A stretch of 64,000 bases of DNA from Candidatus Heimdallarchaeota archaeon (GTDB lineage: Archaea; Asgardarchaeota; Heimdallarchaeia; JABLTI01): assembly GCA_019056785.1 (NCBI GenBank), contig DXJV01000062.1, forward strand, positions 9,441-73,440, read 5' to 3'. Positions 1 through 10,902 of this stretch are shown piece by piece. The notes under the pieces were generated by a model. The model was not told where the DNA came from, did not search any database, and saw only the letters and a program-made list of their open reading frames with translations. The number at the start of each line of letters is the position of its first letter. Positions within the stretch are counted from its first letter, which is position 1. Made by a program: the position numbers and the translations under genes.

Positions 1-737
1 ATAAAGGCCAAATAATTCTTAAAAATTGTATCAGAAACAACCAGCGTGAAAGATGAACCGCCAACAATTTTTGTTATATTTTCACCATAAGGGACTTCAT
101 TAAAATCTGCCAGAATTTTCGAATGAAAATTAATTGTAAAATTATTCTCTGAAATGTCGCTATAACCATTGCTAAGTAGAGCACTACTTTCATTAAACAG
201 AGCAAATTTTCCGGGCGAATATTGTGCTTGGCTCTGGTCTATTATGAGAATCCCACCAGTTTCGAAACTGACACTTGCATTTTTATTGATCGAATAGTTG
301 TCAAGTTGTTGTAAGGCAAAAAGATTGGCATTAACAATTGAAATGGTGGAAGAAGTACCATTTAGAAATGAAAAGGCAAATGTTCCAAGCCTTGTGAAGA
401 TATATGAAAGTGTAGCATTTCCCAGCCTGCCGCTAAATTGATTGGCGAAGTTTGTTGCCAAAGTCTCTGCTAAAACTAGCTTATCAACCGTTTGATTGTG
501 TTCGCCGATAAAATCTTCCGGTGAGAACTCAAATGATAGAATAACGTCACTTTGTTTTCCCCGGAGATTGACCATATACTTTCGTGAGAACTGTGGTTGA
601 AACGAATCAATAAAATAGATGCTTGCTGCTATTGAAATGGCTACCAATGTTAGCGCAATGATCTTCAAGATAAGCGATCTCTTATTTTCCCTTAGAAAAG
701 AGAGCATAATTTTTCCACTAAGAGTTTTTTTAGCCAC
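1..737 (-). CDS. FtsX/MacB-like ABC permease, 5' part (runs off window)
   Basis: Hand translation: GTG at 737 overlaps the stop of the upstream permease (alternative ATG at 707). MAKKTLSGKIMLSFLRENKRSLILKIIALTLVAISIAASIYFIDSF gives an N-terminal TM followed by an extracellular domain, like its neighbour. Confidence 0.6.
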   Translation of the reverse strand, partial: MAKKTLSGKIMLSFLRENKRSLILKIIALTLVAISIAASIYFIDSFQPQFSRKYMVNLRGKQSDVILSFEFSPEDFIGEHNQTVDKLVLAETLATNFANQFSGRLGNATLSYIFTRLGTFAFSFLNGTSSTISIVNANLFALQQLDNYSINKNASVSFETGGILIIDQSQAQYSPGKFALFNESSALLSNGYSDISENNFTINFHSKILADFNEVPYGENITKIVGGSSFTLVVSDTIFKNYLAF

Positions 738-3660
738 TAACCTTCTCCTCCTCCACTTTGTAAGCGTCTTTTTTCATTAATCTTTTAATTCTCGCTCTTA
801 CGCTAATGAATGCCGTCAGAATAATGCTCCCAGTTATTGCGATGAAAACACTGCAAACTATTAGTGTGAGCATCCAACTTGTTGGAGAGTATTCCCCAAT
901 AAACGTTGGGCTAATGGCTATTTTTGTCAGGTAGTTTAGGAAGAACAAACCTACCATTAAGCCGCCAATAATTCCTGGAACGATTAGCGTGAGCATTTCA
1001 AAAATGAGTATTCGTCGCAATTGTTTTGAGGAAGCTCCCAACGATAGATAGAGATATAATTGGTTATTTTGATCCAAGAATAATTTTTGGCTGAAAAGGA
1101 AACTAGCTCCAATTGTCATTAATAGGGCTGCCAATCCGCTATATAAGGAGAAATTTACGAGCATTCTAACAGCCGGGCTTGTTAAGCTATCATGATATTC
1201 CTCGTTAAATGTGACCAATTCTTGCAGGTTTTCGTTGTTTTGCACGAGAGCAGTAATCGTGCTCAAGTCTTTCTTGTAATCGGTGAAATCAAGCAACAGG
1301 AATCTGTCAACAGAGAGTCCAGATAAAGTAGCACAAAGGTAGCTTCCGGTTTTCGCACTTACAATTATTTTTAACGGGGCGTTAATATCCTTCCCAATAA
1401 TTGTAATTTTCCGTTCGAAAATAAAGAATGGCCAAGCATCAATAAAATCAGCAATAATTAGTTGTTGATTAAATACTGTTTCACCTTCCTGGACCTTTAG
1501 AGAATATAGGTCGTCTTTTTGGAGCGATAATTCTTTTGCTCGAGTATTTTCAATTAAGCAGCTATTTGTTTGAGTGAGGTAGGTCATTGCTTTTTGCAAG
1601 CTTAAACCAACTTTGCTTGATGGGTGATAAGCAATATTGCCATAGGTACTGGTGTTAATGAAATAGAATGAAAGAACCTGCTGACCCAAGGCATTTAAAA
1701 TTCCTTCCAGTTTGACCACTTCTGTGCTATGAATCGTTGAGGGAAGACTCGAGACAATCTGCGTTATGTTTGCCTTAGGTTCTAGTGAAACCCTGGCATC
1801 TGCGCCTACTGAATACCTTGCTTCATTTGCTTTTGTCGCAATTAAACCAAAAGCCATGCTTAGAAATAGCACTATCACTAACGAGCCTGTGGCTAATGTC
1901 AGAAAGCCTTGTTTTAACCAGCTCTTGTTGATCTTAATATTCTGTAAAGAGAAGCTAAATAGATTGTGATTTCTTCGCCATAGCCTTTTTGCCAGTCGAT
2001 CAATAAAGAGCTGATAGAGGAGATATATTGCCAGTATTGTTATACTGCTGGCAAGAACAATCAGTAGGAAATATGTTGAGCTAGAGAATTGAAATAGCGG
2101 TGAAATTGACTCGAACGGGACAAGAATTACTGTTAGTATTAACCCAAGAGAAACAATGCTGCTTAGAATTACAAAGAGTATTTGTTTTTTCTGTGCGTCT
2201 TTTTTCTTCTCAGTAACTTGTCTTTTTTGACTAATGCTTGCTGTTTGAAAGATAAGGTAAGGGATGCTAAATAATCCAATTATCGCACAATAAACACCAA
2301 CAGTTTGAAGAACAGCAGTGCCGGAAAAGACTATCGGAGTAATGGTCAGAGAAATCAACCGACCTGCTGCTGCATAGCCAAATGGAACTGTCACTGTTGC
2401 AACACCAATTCCCAACCCAAGGCCCAAGAATGCTATGGAGAGAAATAGCACTAATTCTGAGATCAACCACTGTCCTCGTGTAACACCATGGTTTTTAAAA
2501 AACGCCAGCAACCCCTTTTTCCCCGGGAGAAGCTGACTTTGGATATAAAGCAAGAAACAAAGAAACAATACCATGGGAATTGCTAAAAAGGAGAGCCGGA
2601 GCTGCTCTATTCGTAAAGTTATATAAAAGCTCTCAAAGCCATCGCTAGAAATTCCCATCATTTTTATTGAGGTTATTAAAGGACATTCTGCAATCAAATT
2701 ATTGCCTATTTGCTCTTTGAGCTCCAGCAGTTGTTGGAATTCTTCAACAGTATAATCGAGCTTTGCTGTGTCATGAATCACATGAGCATTAACAAAAATT
2801 CTTTTGCTTAGAAAGTTTTCCGGATGTTCAATCGTTTGAAGTGTGCCATTAAAAGAGGACAGTAATTGTCTGAATAGTTTTTCGGTAATGACTAAGCCTG
2901 AGGCGTCCCAACTGAACAGATAGGTATTTAGTGCTTTACAAATTTCAGTATTATCTAAGCCTTCGTAGATTATTTTATGGCTGAAATCCAATGTTACCGG
3001 TGTTGAATACATTTCTCCATTATCTATAACTGCTAAAGTGACATTCTCGCGCTCCAGCAGAATTTTATACGGGAAATTGCCTACCTGGCTAGAGCCCAGA
3101 TCAGTTGTTGAGACCAATAAGATAACTGCCCTGTCAGATGAGATGTTGCTATTCTCCCATGTGGCAAAAGGCGTGAGATATTGAAAGATGTTTTCCGGAA
3201 TAACATTAATTTCGATGCTCCCTAAAATGGTGCTTGCTCCATTGTCCCCCTCTACTAACACTTTGTAGGTATATAACCGCAGGTCAGTAGAACTGAGTGG
3301 GAGTTTGTCCTGCAACGGGCTTTTACTAATCGTTTTCATAATGATGTTGTTAAAGTCTGTTGGAACAGGGTAGCCAACAAACGAATTGTTATTATCAAAA
3401 TAGTAGTTATAAAATGCTAATTCCGCTGAACAAGAAATAGAACTTTCGGTCCAGCCTTCTTCATAAACAAACTTTCTAAGAGCTGCTTCATTTGATTCAG
3501 AGACGATAAAAATCTGTGATAGGAACAAGCTAGCCAAAGATAGCCCAACGAATAGCAAGAAATAGTTTTTTTTATTGCTTCTTACCAAAACCTTGAACAA
3601 ATCTTTAACTAAGAACATTCTTCCCAACAGCTTGAATTTACTTTTCCCACTAAATATCAA
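730..3660 (-). CDS. FtsX-like ABC transporter permease (duplicated architecture)
   Basis: 976 aa; two TM clusters with large extracellular loops; motifs 'EARYSVGADARV' and 'YLSLGASSKQLRRILIFE'. Confidence 0.8.
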   Translation of the reverse strand: MIFSGKSKFKLLGRMFLVKDLFKVLVRSNKKNYFLLFVGLSLASLFLSQIFIVSESNEAALRKFVYEEGWTESSISCSAELAFYNYYFDNNNSFVGYPVPTDFNNIIMKTISKSPLQDKLPLSSTDLRLYTYKVLVEGDNGASTILGSIEINVIPENIFQYLTPFATWENSNISSDRAVILLVSTTDLGSSQVGNFPYKILLERENVTLAVIDNGEMYSTPVTLDFSHKIIYEGLDNTEICKALNTYLFSWDASGLVITEKLFRQLLSSFNGTLQTIEHPENFLSKRIFVNAHVIHDTAKLDYTVEEFQQLLELKEQIGNNLIAECPLITSIKMMGISSDGFESFYITLRIEQLRLSFLAIPMVLFLCFLLYIQSQLLPGKKGLLAFFKNHGVTRGQWLISELVLFLSIAFLGLGLGIGVATVTVPFGYAAAGRLISLTITPIVFSGTAVLQTVGVYCAIIGLFSIPYLIFQTASISQKRQVTEKKKDAQKKQILFVILSSIVSLGLILTVILVPFESISPLFQFSSSTYFLLIVLASSITILAIYLLYQLFIDRLAKRLWRRNHNLFSFSLQNIKINKSWLKQGFLTLATGSLVIVLFLSMAFGLIATKANEARYSVGADARVSLEPKANITQIVSSLPSTIHSTEVVKLEGILNALGQQVLSFYFINTSTYGNIAYHPSSKVGLSLQKAMTYLTQTNSCLIENTRAKELSLQKDDLYSLKVQEGETVFNQQLIIADFIDAWPFFIFERKITIIGKDINAPLKIIVSAKTGSYLCATLSGLSVDRFLLLDFTDYKKDLSTITALVQNNENLQELVTFNEEYHDSLTSPAVRMLVNFSLYSGLAALLMTIGASFLFSQKLFLDQNNQLYLYLSLGASSKQLRRILIFEMLTLIVPGIIGGLMVGLFFLNYLTKIAISPTFIGEYSPTSWMLTLIVCSVFIAITGSIILTAFISVRARIKRLMKKDAYKVEEEKVSG

Positions 3661-3856
3661 GGAATTACTTTAACGTATATTAAAATATTTCTTAAAAGTT
3701 AGACTTCCTTGTTGTTTATTAGTTTCTTGATTATTAACAAAAAAATCTGACAAAAATATCTTTTTTAGGAAAAATTTAAATTAGTTCATCTAATTATTAA
3801 TTTTAAACCATTTATATAGAAAAGAGAAATGGCTAAAAAAAGGAGTGAGTGAATAA

Positions 3857-4336
3857 ATGAAAAGATATTGGAATATTTTGTTTGTTTCTTTTGTCATGGG
3901 AATTTTTGTTTTTTTATAATATGCTCAAGTGAATGCTACAACTCGTTATAACGACTATGATAGTTTTGATAACGGAAAACTTGTAATGGATTGTCAAGCA
4001 TCTATTTGGGCAGGCCCAAAATCTGGTGGTGGATACTTTATGAATCATCAATACTTCAATGTTGATATTGATTCGAAAACTGGTTGTGGTATCTATTGGG
4101 TTCGCATTATCCTTACAATACAAGGTAATGTAGTTTTTAATGAATATGTGGTCGATAATGGACTTTTTCCTGATTGGGGTCCTGATAGTGTTTACTATAA
4201 TTTCTGGGATTATTATGAATATGAAACAAGTAATTATGCTGTATGGGCAAGTATTGAGGTTCAAGTTCTATGGAAACCTAGTGGAGGCGCTGCAACAATA
4301 ACAACAATTGAAGCTGAAGCATCATATGGTAGTTGA
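3857..4336 (+). pseudogene. Secreted hypothetical protein with an in-frame TAA in its signal peptide
   Basis: ATG at 3857 after GGAGTGA reads MKRYWNILFVSFVMGIFVFL*YAQVNATT. TAA at 3917-3919 is in frame with ORF 3929..4336. Confidence 0.65.
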
Positions 4337-4432
4337 TTAATTGGGAAGAATTTCAATAATCTTCCTTTTTTATTCTATTCAAATAAAATTTAATTAAGAA
4401 TAAAAATAGTGTTTAATAGGGGTTAATGTATC

Positions 4433-6481
4433 TTGTTAAAGGATATTAAATCAAAAACAGCTATTCTTTCTTTATTACTCTTGTTATCTTTAAATTTCTT
4501 TTTGGTTTTTCCATTAAGTGGAATAGATTTTGTGGTTATCAAATGTTGTGGTAATTGCCAATCCTTGAGTAATGATGGATCTAAACCCTTTGACTATAAT
4601 GTTAACTTGTTATCAACTTGGAGCCAGAATTTTGGTTTAGTGAAGGAGCTACTTCTCGTAGAGAAGGAATTGTTCCTCATTGGTGGTGATAAGGAAATTT
4701 TCATTCTTAATACCACTGATCTTACCTATCCAAAACTGTTAGGGAGTTATCATAATAATTCCGGTGCTCTTACTGCAGTGCATCATGCTGGCCGGCTCTT
4801 TCTTGGTTTACAAAATGGTCTGGAAATTCTTGATGTTCAAAACCACTCTTCTATAGAACAACTTGCTTTTTACGAGACTGCTGCTGTCCATGCTCTTTGC
4901 CTTGACAATGAAACTCTTTTTCTTTCTCGTGGGTCTTTTGGTGTTGAAATCCTCAACATTGCTAATCTCTCTGCAATCACCCCTATCTCCATGATTTCTA
5001 CAGCTGGAGAAGCCCATAAGATTGTTTTGAAAAATGATTGCCTTTTTATTGCAGATTCTGTTAATGGTTTAGAGATTTATAATGTCAGTAATTATCATTC
5101 TCCTGTAAAGATTGCCAATTATACTGATGGAAGCGCTTTTTTTGATCTTGTAGTTGATGAACAATTTGCATATATCCTTGACTCGAGTGGCAATTTTAAA
5201 ATTCTCAATATTACTGACATTCTGGCGATAAAGAAAATAAGTGAAATGTCTTTTGTGCACCCCCAGAAACTGCTTGTAGAGAATGGCACTGTTTTTCTAG
5301 CGGTAAAAGAACAGGTGGTGCTGATAAATTGCACTGATCCATTGATGCCCTCCCAGATAACTATGGTTAATGCTACCAGTGATATTATTGCTTTACGGAA
5401 AAAAAACAGCTGCCTTTTTATGAGCGAAAAAGAGGGCATTGAAATAGTTTCTCTAGAAAATTTCACCTCTCCGGAAATACTTTCAAGGTTTGGTTATAGC
5501 GACATTGAGAAGGTTCTCATTGCCGGTGGCTATCTCTATGCATTGATGGGTGAAGAAGGGGTAGCTATTATTAAAGCAACTGGTCATTCAATACTTCAAG
5601 CTGTAAGTAATTATCGAACTTCAGGAAGAATAGTTGATTTTTGCATTGCCGGTCGTTATCTCTATCTTGCGGTAAAAGATACCGGCGTTGAGATACTTGA
5701 TGTGCTTGAGCCTGAAAACCCACAAAAGGTTGGCGAATATCTCTCGAGTGGCAATGCTTCTAGCCTTGCAATTGCTGATAATTATCTTCTCTTGGCTGAT
5801 GGTGTAGCAGTAAAAGTAATTACGGTGGCGGACCCCAGCCACCCTCAAGAGGTTGCACAGTATGTTCGGTCACTTTTCATACCTGACAAAGTCCGCTTTT
5901 ACGAAGGGAAAGCCCTTGTTATTGACAGGGACAGGATGCAAGTTGCCATTTTAGAGCTAACTTTCTCAACTGCTACGGGCCCCGAATTGCTCTTTTCAGG
6001 GATGATTACCGGCAGTCAATTTATTCATTTTGTTGATGTAGCAATGCAAGAGCACTATATCTATTTAAGCACCGGAAATAGTTTGCAAGTTTATGATAGC
6101 CAGGCTGTAAGTATTAATTCACCAATACTTACTATTGAAAAGGGGAGTTATTATGCCCTTAAAATAACAAACAATTTATTATATGCTATTGGCAATCAAA
6201 ATTTCCAAATACTTACAATAACGGATCTTGAGCAGGTTAATCGAACAGAATTCCCGCTTCTTGGTAGTTTCCTGGTAGATATCGACGTTGAAAAGGAATA
6301 TATTGTCATCGGGAATTTTCTGGCTGGAGACGACCTCTATCTGTTTAATCACACCTATCCTCTAGCAGTAGAGAAGCGAGTATGGCCCTATATTGTCCTG
6401 CCAATTGGTGGCGTAGTTGGACTTGCAATTCCCATAGTTCTCATTGTGAGGTTTCGAAAGAAAAAAACTCTGCATAGCTAA
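4433..6481 (+). CDS. LVIVD-repeat beta-propeller surface protein with C-terminal TM anchor
   Basis: Signal peptide; repeated 'GLEI(L/Y)(D/N)V...P..(L/I)' LVIVD units; C-terminal TM followed by RFRKKK. Confidence 0.85.
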   Translation: MLKDIKSKTAILSLLLLLSLNFFLVFPLSGIDFVVIKCCGNCQSLSNDGSKPFDYNVNLLSTWSQNFGLVKELLLVEKELFLIGGDKEIFILNTTDLTYPKLLGSYHNNSGALTAVHHAGRLFLGLQNGLEILDVQNHSSIEQLAFYETAAVHALCLDNETLFLSRGSFGVEILNIANLSAITPISMISTAGEAHKIVLKNDCLFIADSVNGLEIYNVSNYHSPVKIANYTDGSAFFDLVVDEQFAYILDSSGNFKILNITDILAIKKISEMSFVHPQKLLVENGTVFLAVKEQVVLINCTDPLMPSQITMVNATSDIIALRKKNSCLFMSEKEGIEIVSLENFTSPEILSRFGYSDIEKVLIAGGYLYALMGEEGVAIIKATGHSILQAVSNYRTSGRIVDFCIAGRYLYLAVKDTGVEILDVLEPENPQKVGEYLSSGNASSLAIADNYLLLADGVAVKVITVADPSHPQEVAQYVRSLFIPDKVRFYEGKALVIDRDRMQVAILELTFSTATGPELLFSGMITGSQFIHFVDVAMQEHYIYLSTGNSLQVYDSQAVSINSPILTIEKGSYYALKITNNLLYAIGNQNFQILTITDLEQVNRTEFPLLGSFLVDIDVEKEYIVIGNFLAGDDLYLFNHTYPLAVEKRVWPYIVLPIGGVVGLAIPIVLIVRFRKKKTLHS

Positions 6482-6777
6482 GAATTAAGGGAGAAAAAAG
6501 GAAAAGGCTTGTTGGCTATCGTCATGAAAATGAAAAATCTTCGTACGAAATTGGTTAAAGTGCCAATTACAGAACCCTTTATAACCAATTAAAAGCCGAA
6601 TGAACCATTTCTCAACCTTGCTAGCAGAGAAAGTCAACAGAGCTCGTAGGTAGCTCAATAGATTTTGGTTAATAATTTTGCTACTCTCAGGTAAAATTTT
6701 CAAATCTCTTGGCTAAAAAATAAATGCCTTTATAAATATTTAAATATTTAATTAATCTTTTTGCTTAGAGTTGGGAT

Positions 6778-7509
6778 TTGACAATTATGGTCGAAGAAAA
6801 TTGGCAAGAGAAAGTGAAAGGACTTATTGAACAAATAAAGAATGAGGATGTTGAAACCCGGCAAGATGCTGCTTGGACTTTACATAAATCAGCAGAAAAA
6901 GGCATTAAAGAAGTTGCTGAAGCTATTCCTGCACTCATTACTGCTATGCATGATGATGATTGGGTTGTCCGGAAAATGTCGATTTTGGCTTTAGGCGTGT
7001 TAAAAGTTGAGAAGGTGATCCCCTCAATAATTGATGTTTTAAAAAACGATTCTAATAATGAAGTTCGTGTTGGTGCTGCAGAAGCATTAGGTGACATGCA
7101 AGCAGAACAGGCTGTTCCTGAATTAATAAACGCTTTGGATGCCAGTTATGAAATGCTTTGCTATGTGGCAATTTATTCATTAAGCAAAATCGGTGAAAAG
7201 GCAATTGCGGCTGTTCCAAAATTACTCGAGTTGTTGGCTACTCCTGAAGAAGTTGGTATTATTCAAACCAATATTTTAACCGCAATGGCTTTAGGTGAAA
7301 TTGGCGATGCATCAGCAATCGAACCTTTAAAAGTCGCTTTAAATAGTGCCGCTACTCATGAGTTTCAATTCACAATAGCCTATTCCTTAGCGCTTCTCGA
7401 AGGTGCTGAAGGTACAGGAATGACTGAGTTAAAAAGAATGAAAGACAACTACGAATTTATTCATGATGACGCCACATTATTTGAAAAATTACTCGAGAAG
7501 CTTAACTGA
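6778..7509 (+). CDS. HEAT repeat (PBS-lyase-like) protein
   Basis: Repeated 'VR..AA.ALG.....A(I/V)P.LI.AL' units. Confidence 0.85.
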   Translation: MTIMVEENWQEKVKGLIEQIKNEDVETRQDAAWTLHKSAEKGIKEVAEAIPALITAMHDDDWVVRKMSILALGVLKVEKVIPSIIDVLKNDSNNEVRVGAAEALGDMQAEQAVPELINALDASYEMLCYVAIYSLSKIGEKAIAAVPKLLELLATPEEVGIIQTNILTAMALGEIGDASAIEPLKVALNSAATHEFQFTIAYSLALLEGAEGTGMTELKRMKDNYEFIHDDATLFEKLLEKLN

Positions 7510-7519
7510 AAAGTTCTTT

Positions 7520-7906
7520 CTATGAATCTAAGCCGTCTCCCAATGCCATTTTTTGTCGGTACCGGAATTCGGCTATTCGTTTTCTGTAAGGGTAAAAATA
7601 TTCGAATAGTTCCGGTAAGTCTTTACAATAAACCACCTTATGTGTATCTATTATCTCTGCTTGAATGTATAGTGGCAGTTCTTCGAATAACCACAAGTCG
7701 TATTTTCCTCCTACTTCTCGCCATGCTTTTCGTAGCAACTCCACTTGATCTTTTGTTTTTGGTGCGACAATACAAATATCAATATCACTTCTACTACTGG
7801 CTTCTCCTCGAGCATGAGAACCATACAACAGAATGGCGAGAACTTCTGGGTCCTTTGCTAATTTGGAAAAATCTTTCTTTAATCTTTCAAGTAATTTCCG
7901 CTCCAT
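7520..7906 (-). CDS. Minimal nucleotidyltransferase (MNT antitoxin)
   Basis: 'LYGSHARGEASSRSDIDICIV' = GSx10DxD motif; 128 aa. Confidence 0.9.
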   Translation of the reverse strand: MERKLLERLKKDFSKLAKDPEVLAILLYGSHARGEASSRSDIDICIVAPKTKDQVELLRKAWREVGGKYDLWLFEELPLYIQAEIIDTHKVVYCKDLPELFEYFYPYRKRIAEFRYRQKMALGDGLDS

Positions 7907-7990
7907 TCTTTAACCCTTGCTAATATTTGTTTGCTACCTGGGAATAGTTTTTTTTAAGTGATTCTAGGGCGAGTTCATCATTTATTCCCC
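7879..7990 (-). pseudogene. C-terminal remnant of a HEPN/DUF86 toxin
   Basis: Reads GINDELALESLKK / LFPGSKQILARVKEWSGNYLKD* (frameshift in an A8 tract) and overlaps the MNT ATG; resembles DUF86 C-terminal helices; no N-terminal part seen. Confidence 0.55.
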
Positions 7991-8176
7991 TAGGGCTTGA
8001 CTAATTTATTTCTAAGCCCATTTGTTTTTTATAGCTTTTTCATCATAATTAGGAGTAGGCAGCATTTTTGTCGTGGCTGTAAATTCCTTGATAGCCTTTT
8101 TTCGTTCTCTTTTTGTTTCTCTTTTTTCTCTTTCTCCAAATAACCTTTTTATAAGACAGCTCTTATTCTAATTGCT

Positions 8177-8998
8177 ATGAATGTTGCCATTCTTTATTTC
8201 TCCGGGACAGGTGGCACTGCGAAGGTTGCTTCTGATCTTGCTGCAGGTTTTCATGCTGAGGGCTGTCAGGTCGAGCTTTTCCGGCTTAAACGTGGTCTTC
8301 AGTTTGACCTTTCAAATTTTGATCTCTTTGCTGTTGGCTCTCCCGCCTATTCTTTTCGTATTCCTCGTCTTGTTTCTCGCCTTCTTCGCCGTCTCAACTT
8401 CCATCAAAAACCTTTCTTCGTTTTTTGCACTAGTGGTGGTATGCCTGGTAATGCTCTCTGGAATCTCTACTGGGTAGTTAAGCGCACTGCTGGTGTTTGT
8501 TTGGGTGGACTTTCTATCTTTGCGATGACTAATCTCCGTTCCTGGATGCCGAAAGAGGGTGATTCTGCTGCTTCTCTCTGGCGTATTACTGACCATGACA
8601 CTCGCATTGCGCGTGCTACAGGGAAGGTCATCTTAGAGCGCTTGCAGCAGTGGCAGACTGCTCCTTCGAAAAAGCTCCGTAACAATTGGAAGCCTACCCC
8701 GAGTTTGTGGACAATTCTTTGGTCTGCTCTTTTCACCTGGCGTTGGATGATGGCTGCTACAGCAGGTATTAAGCGTATTGATAAGAACCGGTGCAATAAA
8801 TGCTCTCTTTGTGCTACTACCATTTGTCCTAGTGGTGCCATTTCAATCTCCGATGATGGTTGGCCAAAGTTCAATGAATGTAAATGCGTTGGTTGTAATG
8901 GTTGTCTCAATCTTTGTCCGCAAGATGCTATCTGGAGTTTTATTTCACGACACCACCAGCAATACGACCTTTACAAACAGTTTATTTTGAAAAAATAA
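8177..8998 (+). CDS. EFR1-family flavodoxin/4Fe-4S dicluster protein
   Basis: 'YFSGTGGT' flavodoxin loop; CxxCxxCxxxxCP and CxxCxxCxxxCP motifs. Confidence 0.85.
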   Translation: MNVAILYFSGTGGTAKVASDLAAGFHAEGCQVELFRLKRGLQFDLSNFDLFAVGSPAYSFRIPRLVSRLLRRLNFHQKPFFVFCTSGGMPGNALWNLYWVVKRTAGVCLGGLSIFAMTNLRSWMPKEGDSAASLWRITDHDTRIARATGKVILERLQQWQTAPSKKLRNNWKPTPSLWTILWSALFTWRWMMAATAGIKRIDKNRCNKCSLCATTICPSGAISISDDGWPKFNECKCVGCNGCLNLCPQDAIWSFISRHHQQYDLYKQFILKK

Positions 8999-9076
8999 CT
9001 CTTCTTTTTATAAAAGGTGGAGGACTCTCTAGCGTTTTTTCCTCGAGTGAGTTTGCTCCTTTTTCTATTGTTTTAC

Positions 9077-9211
9077 TTATTTTTGGGGGATTGCTGCTAT
9101 TATTATTCTTGTTTGGTCTTTTTTTTGTGGTTCTTTTTCACTTTCTGGTGCTTCTTTTTGTTCTTTTTCTTTCTGTAATTTTGTTTTTGCCGTTACTTCT
9201 ATCTTTTCCAT
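9077..9211 (-). CDS. Possible 44-aa Lys/Glu-rich small protein
   Basis: Hand translation MEKIEVTAKTKLQKEKEQKEAPESEKEPQKKDQTRIIIAAIPQK*; divergent from ArsR. Confidence 0.3.
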   Translation of the reverse strand: MEKIEVTAKTKLQKEKEQKEAPESEKEPQKKDQTRIIIAAIPQK

Positions 9212-9237
9212 ATTCAATTCCAGTTTTATCACATTCA

Positions 9238-9287
9238 ATGAAAAACCTCTTCATAAAAAGATTTTCATATGAAAAAAAACTCATATG
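9238..9287. promoter_or_regulatory. ArsR/SmtB-type operator array
   Basis: CATATGA-N8-TCATATG at 9266-9287 plus upstream ATGAA/TTCAT half-sites; resembles the SmtB/CzrA ATATGAA-N6-TTCATAT core; lies upstream of the ArsR gene. Confidence 0.6.
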
Positions 9288-9351
9288 TTCTTTCTTGCAA
9301 ACCAAAATATTCATTTGATTTCAAGCAATAATATACGTTATGTGAAAGAGA

Positions 9352-9780
9352 ATGTCTGGCAAAGAAAAGACAAAAAAATCAAAGAAGCGTGTAGAAAAGC
9401 TCTTGGTGCAAACGGATTTAAGTAAAACATGTATGACATTTTCAGAATGGCAGCGCTTTATGAAGACAGTTCCTTTGTTTTCTCAAGCAGAGGTTGTTAG
9501 TGAGTTTCTAAAGCTTATAGACAATCCCATTCGTCTCAAGATTATTTTGATTCTTCTGGAACGGGACTGGGCATGCAATTGTGAATTTGAATATGCTTTT
9601 AATGCGCATCAAACATTGATCTCCCACAATCTTAAACTCTTGCGAATAAAGGGGGTTATTCAGTTCACAAAATCCGGGCAGTGGAATTTTTACAAGCTCA
9701 CGGACCAAGCGAAAGAATTTTTCCTCGCTTTCAGGTCGCTTTTCCTTCAAACAACTTTTCTTCCGCCGAGTAAAAAATGA
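9352..9780 (+). CDS. ArsR/SmtB family transcriptional regulator
   Basis: 'DNPIRLKIILILLERDWACNCEF...LISHNLKLLR..G' winged HTH with CxC in helix 3. Confidence 0.85.
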   Translation: MSGKEKTKKSKKRVEKLLVQTDLSKTCMTFSEWQRFMKTVPLFSQAEVVSEFLKLIDNPIRLKIILILLERDWACNCEFEYAFNAHQTLISHNLKLLRIKGVIQFTKSGQWNFYKLTDQAKEFFLAFRSLFLQTTFLPPSKK

Positions 9781-9932
9781 GTTTTTTTCGCCATGTTCTG
9801 ATGAACATTTCTTTAGTCGTAAATCCCGACAGAATTAACTCTTCGTGATTTAAAATCATTTTATGTTAAAGAGTTCTTTTTTTGGGAAAATAGTTAATAA
9901 TGTTGTTAATCTCTATGTTTTCTGATGAAAAC

Positions 9933-10902
9933 ATGAATCAACTAAAACGTTTCTGGCTTCTCTTACAAACAATTGGAATTATTGCGATTTTCCTACAGAG
10001 CTCCTTTGCCACTGCTTCCTCCTACGATTGGAATTTAACTTATCCCTACTTTTTCACTCAAAGTGTTGAAATGAAAACACATATTTTTGACACTTCGAAC
10101 AACCTCGTTCAAGATAGTTCAATGAATACTATTGAAGAACATGTCGTCAATATTACTTCCATCGATCTTAACTCCGGCAAGCTTACTTATTTTCTAACAA
10201 TCGCCGGCATTACTCAACAATATATCACTGACTTTTTGATGGATGATTATCTTGCAGTATCTACGCTAACAAGCCTTTTCTTTATCTCTTATGTGTGGGA
10301 CTACGATCGAAACACTACTATTTTAACATCTTTTGACTTTAGCTTCTTTCTTTGGTACTTTCTGGAGCCAAATTGGCCTGTATTTAATGACCATTTAAGA
10401 GATTTTGAATGCTTCTGAGGTTATTTATCAAGTTCCTGATCCTTATGAACCCATTATTCATAATATTACCTTTGGCGATTTTTTGGCTTCTCTTCCGGCC
10501 TATTCTTTTAATGGGAAAAGTTTGGAGGGCTTTAAAACCCTGCTTAAAAGTTCCACTCGTCAGTGGACTTTCTCCTTTGATCTCTCTAACGTTCTCTATG
10601 ACAGCTATTATAATCTTACTTTAGGTCGATTTGTCTATTTCCCCCTTACAAAGTATGTAACCTCTTTTTCGCTGGAATATTCAAAAGATGGCATCATGCA
10701 AAAAAACGTTTATTCTCTTAATTTTGGGTTAACCAGCCCTGAAGGTAGACAAATAACCGGTGAACACACTGAAAATTATGTCTTTGGTCCCAAAGAGTCG
10801 CTTTCTGCCGGACTGGCAATTCTCTTTGTCTTCCCGGCTCTCCTGGTAAGTGCTCTTCCCATACTTCTAAAAAAATCAAAAGGAGTTGACCGATCAAAAT
10901 GA
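9933..10902 (+). pseudogene. Anchored surface protein, paralog 1 (frameshifted near 10402)
   Basis: ORFs 9900..10418 and 10405..10902 join into one protein collinear with paralogs 2 and 3 (WDY.RN.T.L, FLEPNW..FN, LN.SE.I, EYSK.G); shift at GATTTTGAAT. Confidence 0.75.

Noticed and set aside
8902-9318. 138-aa hydrophobic + strand ORF
   Set aside because: Antisense shadow of an A-rich stretch; overlaps the EFR1 gene and the operator region.
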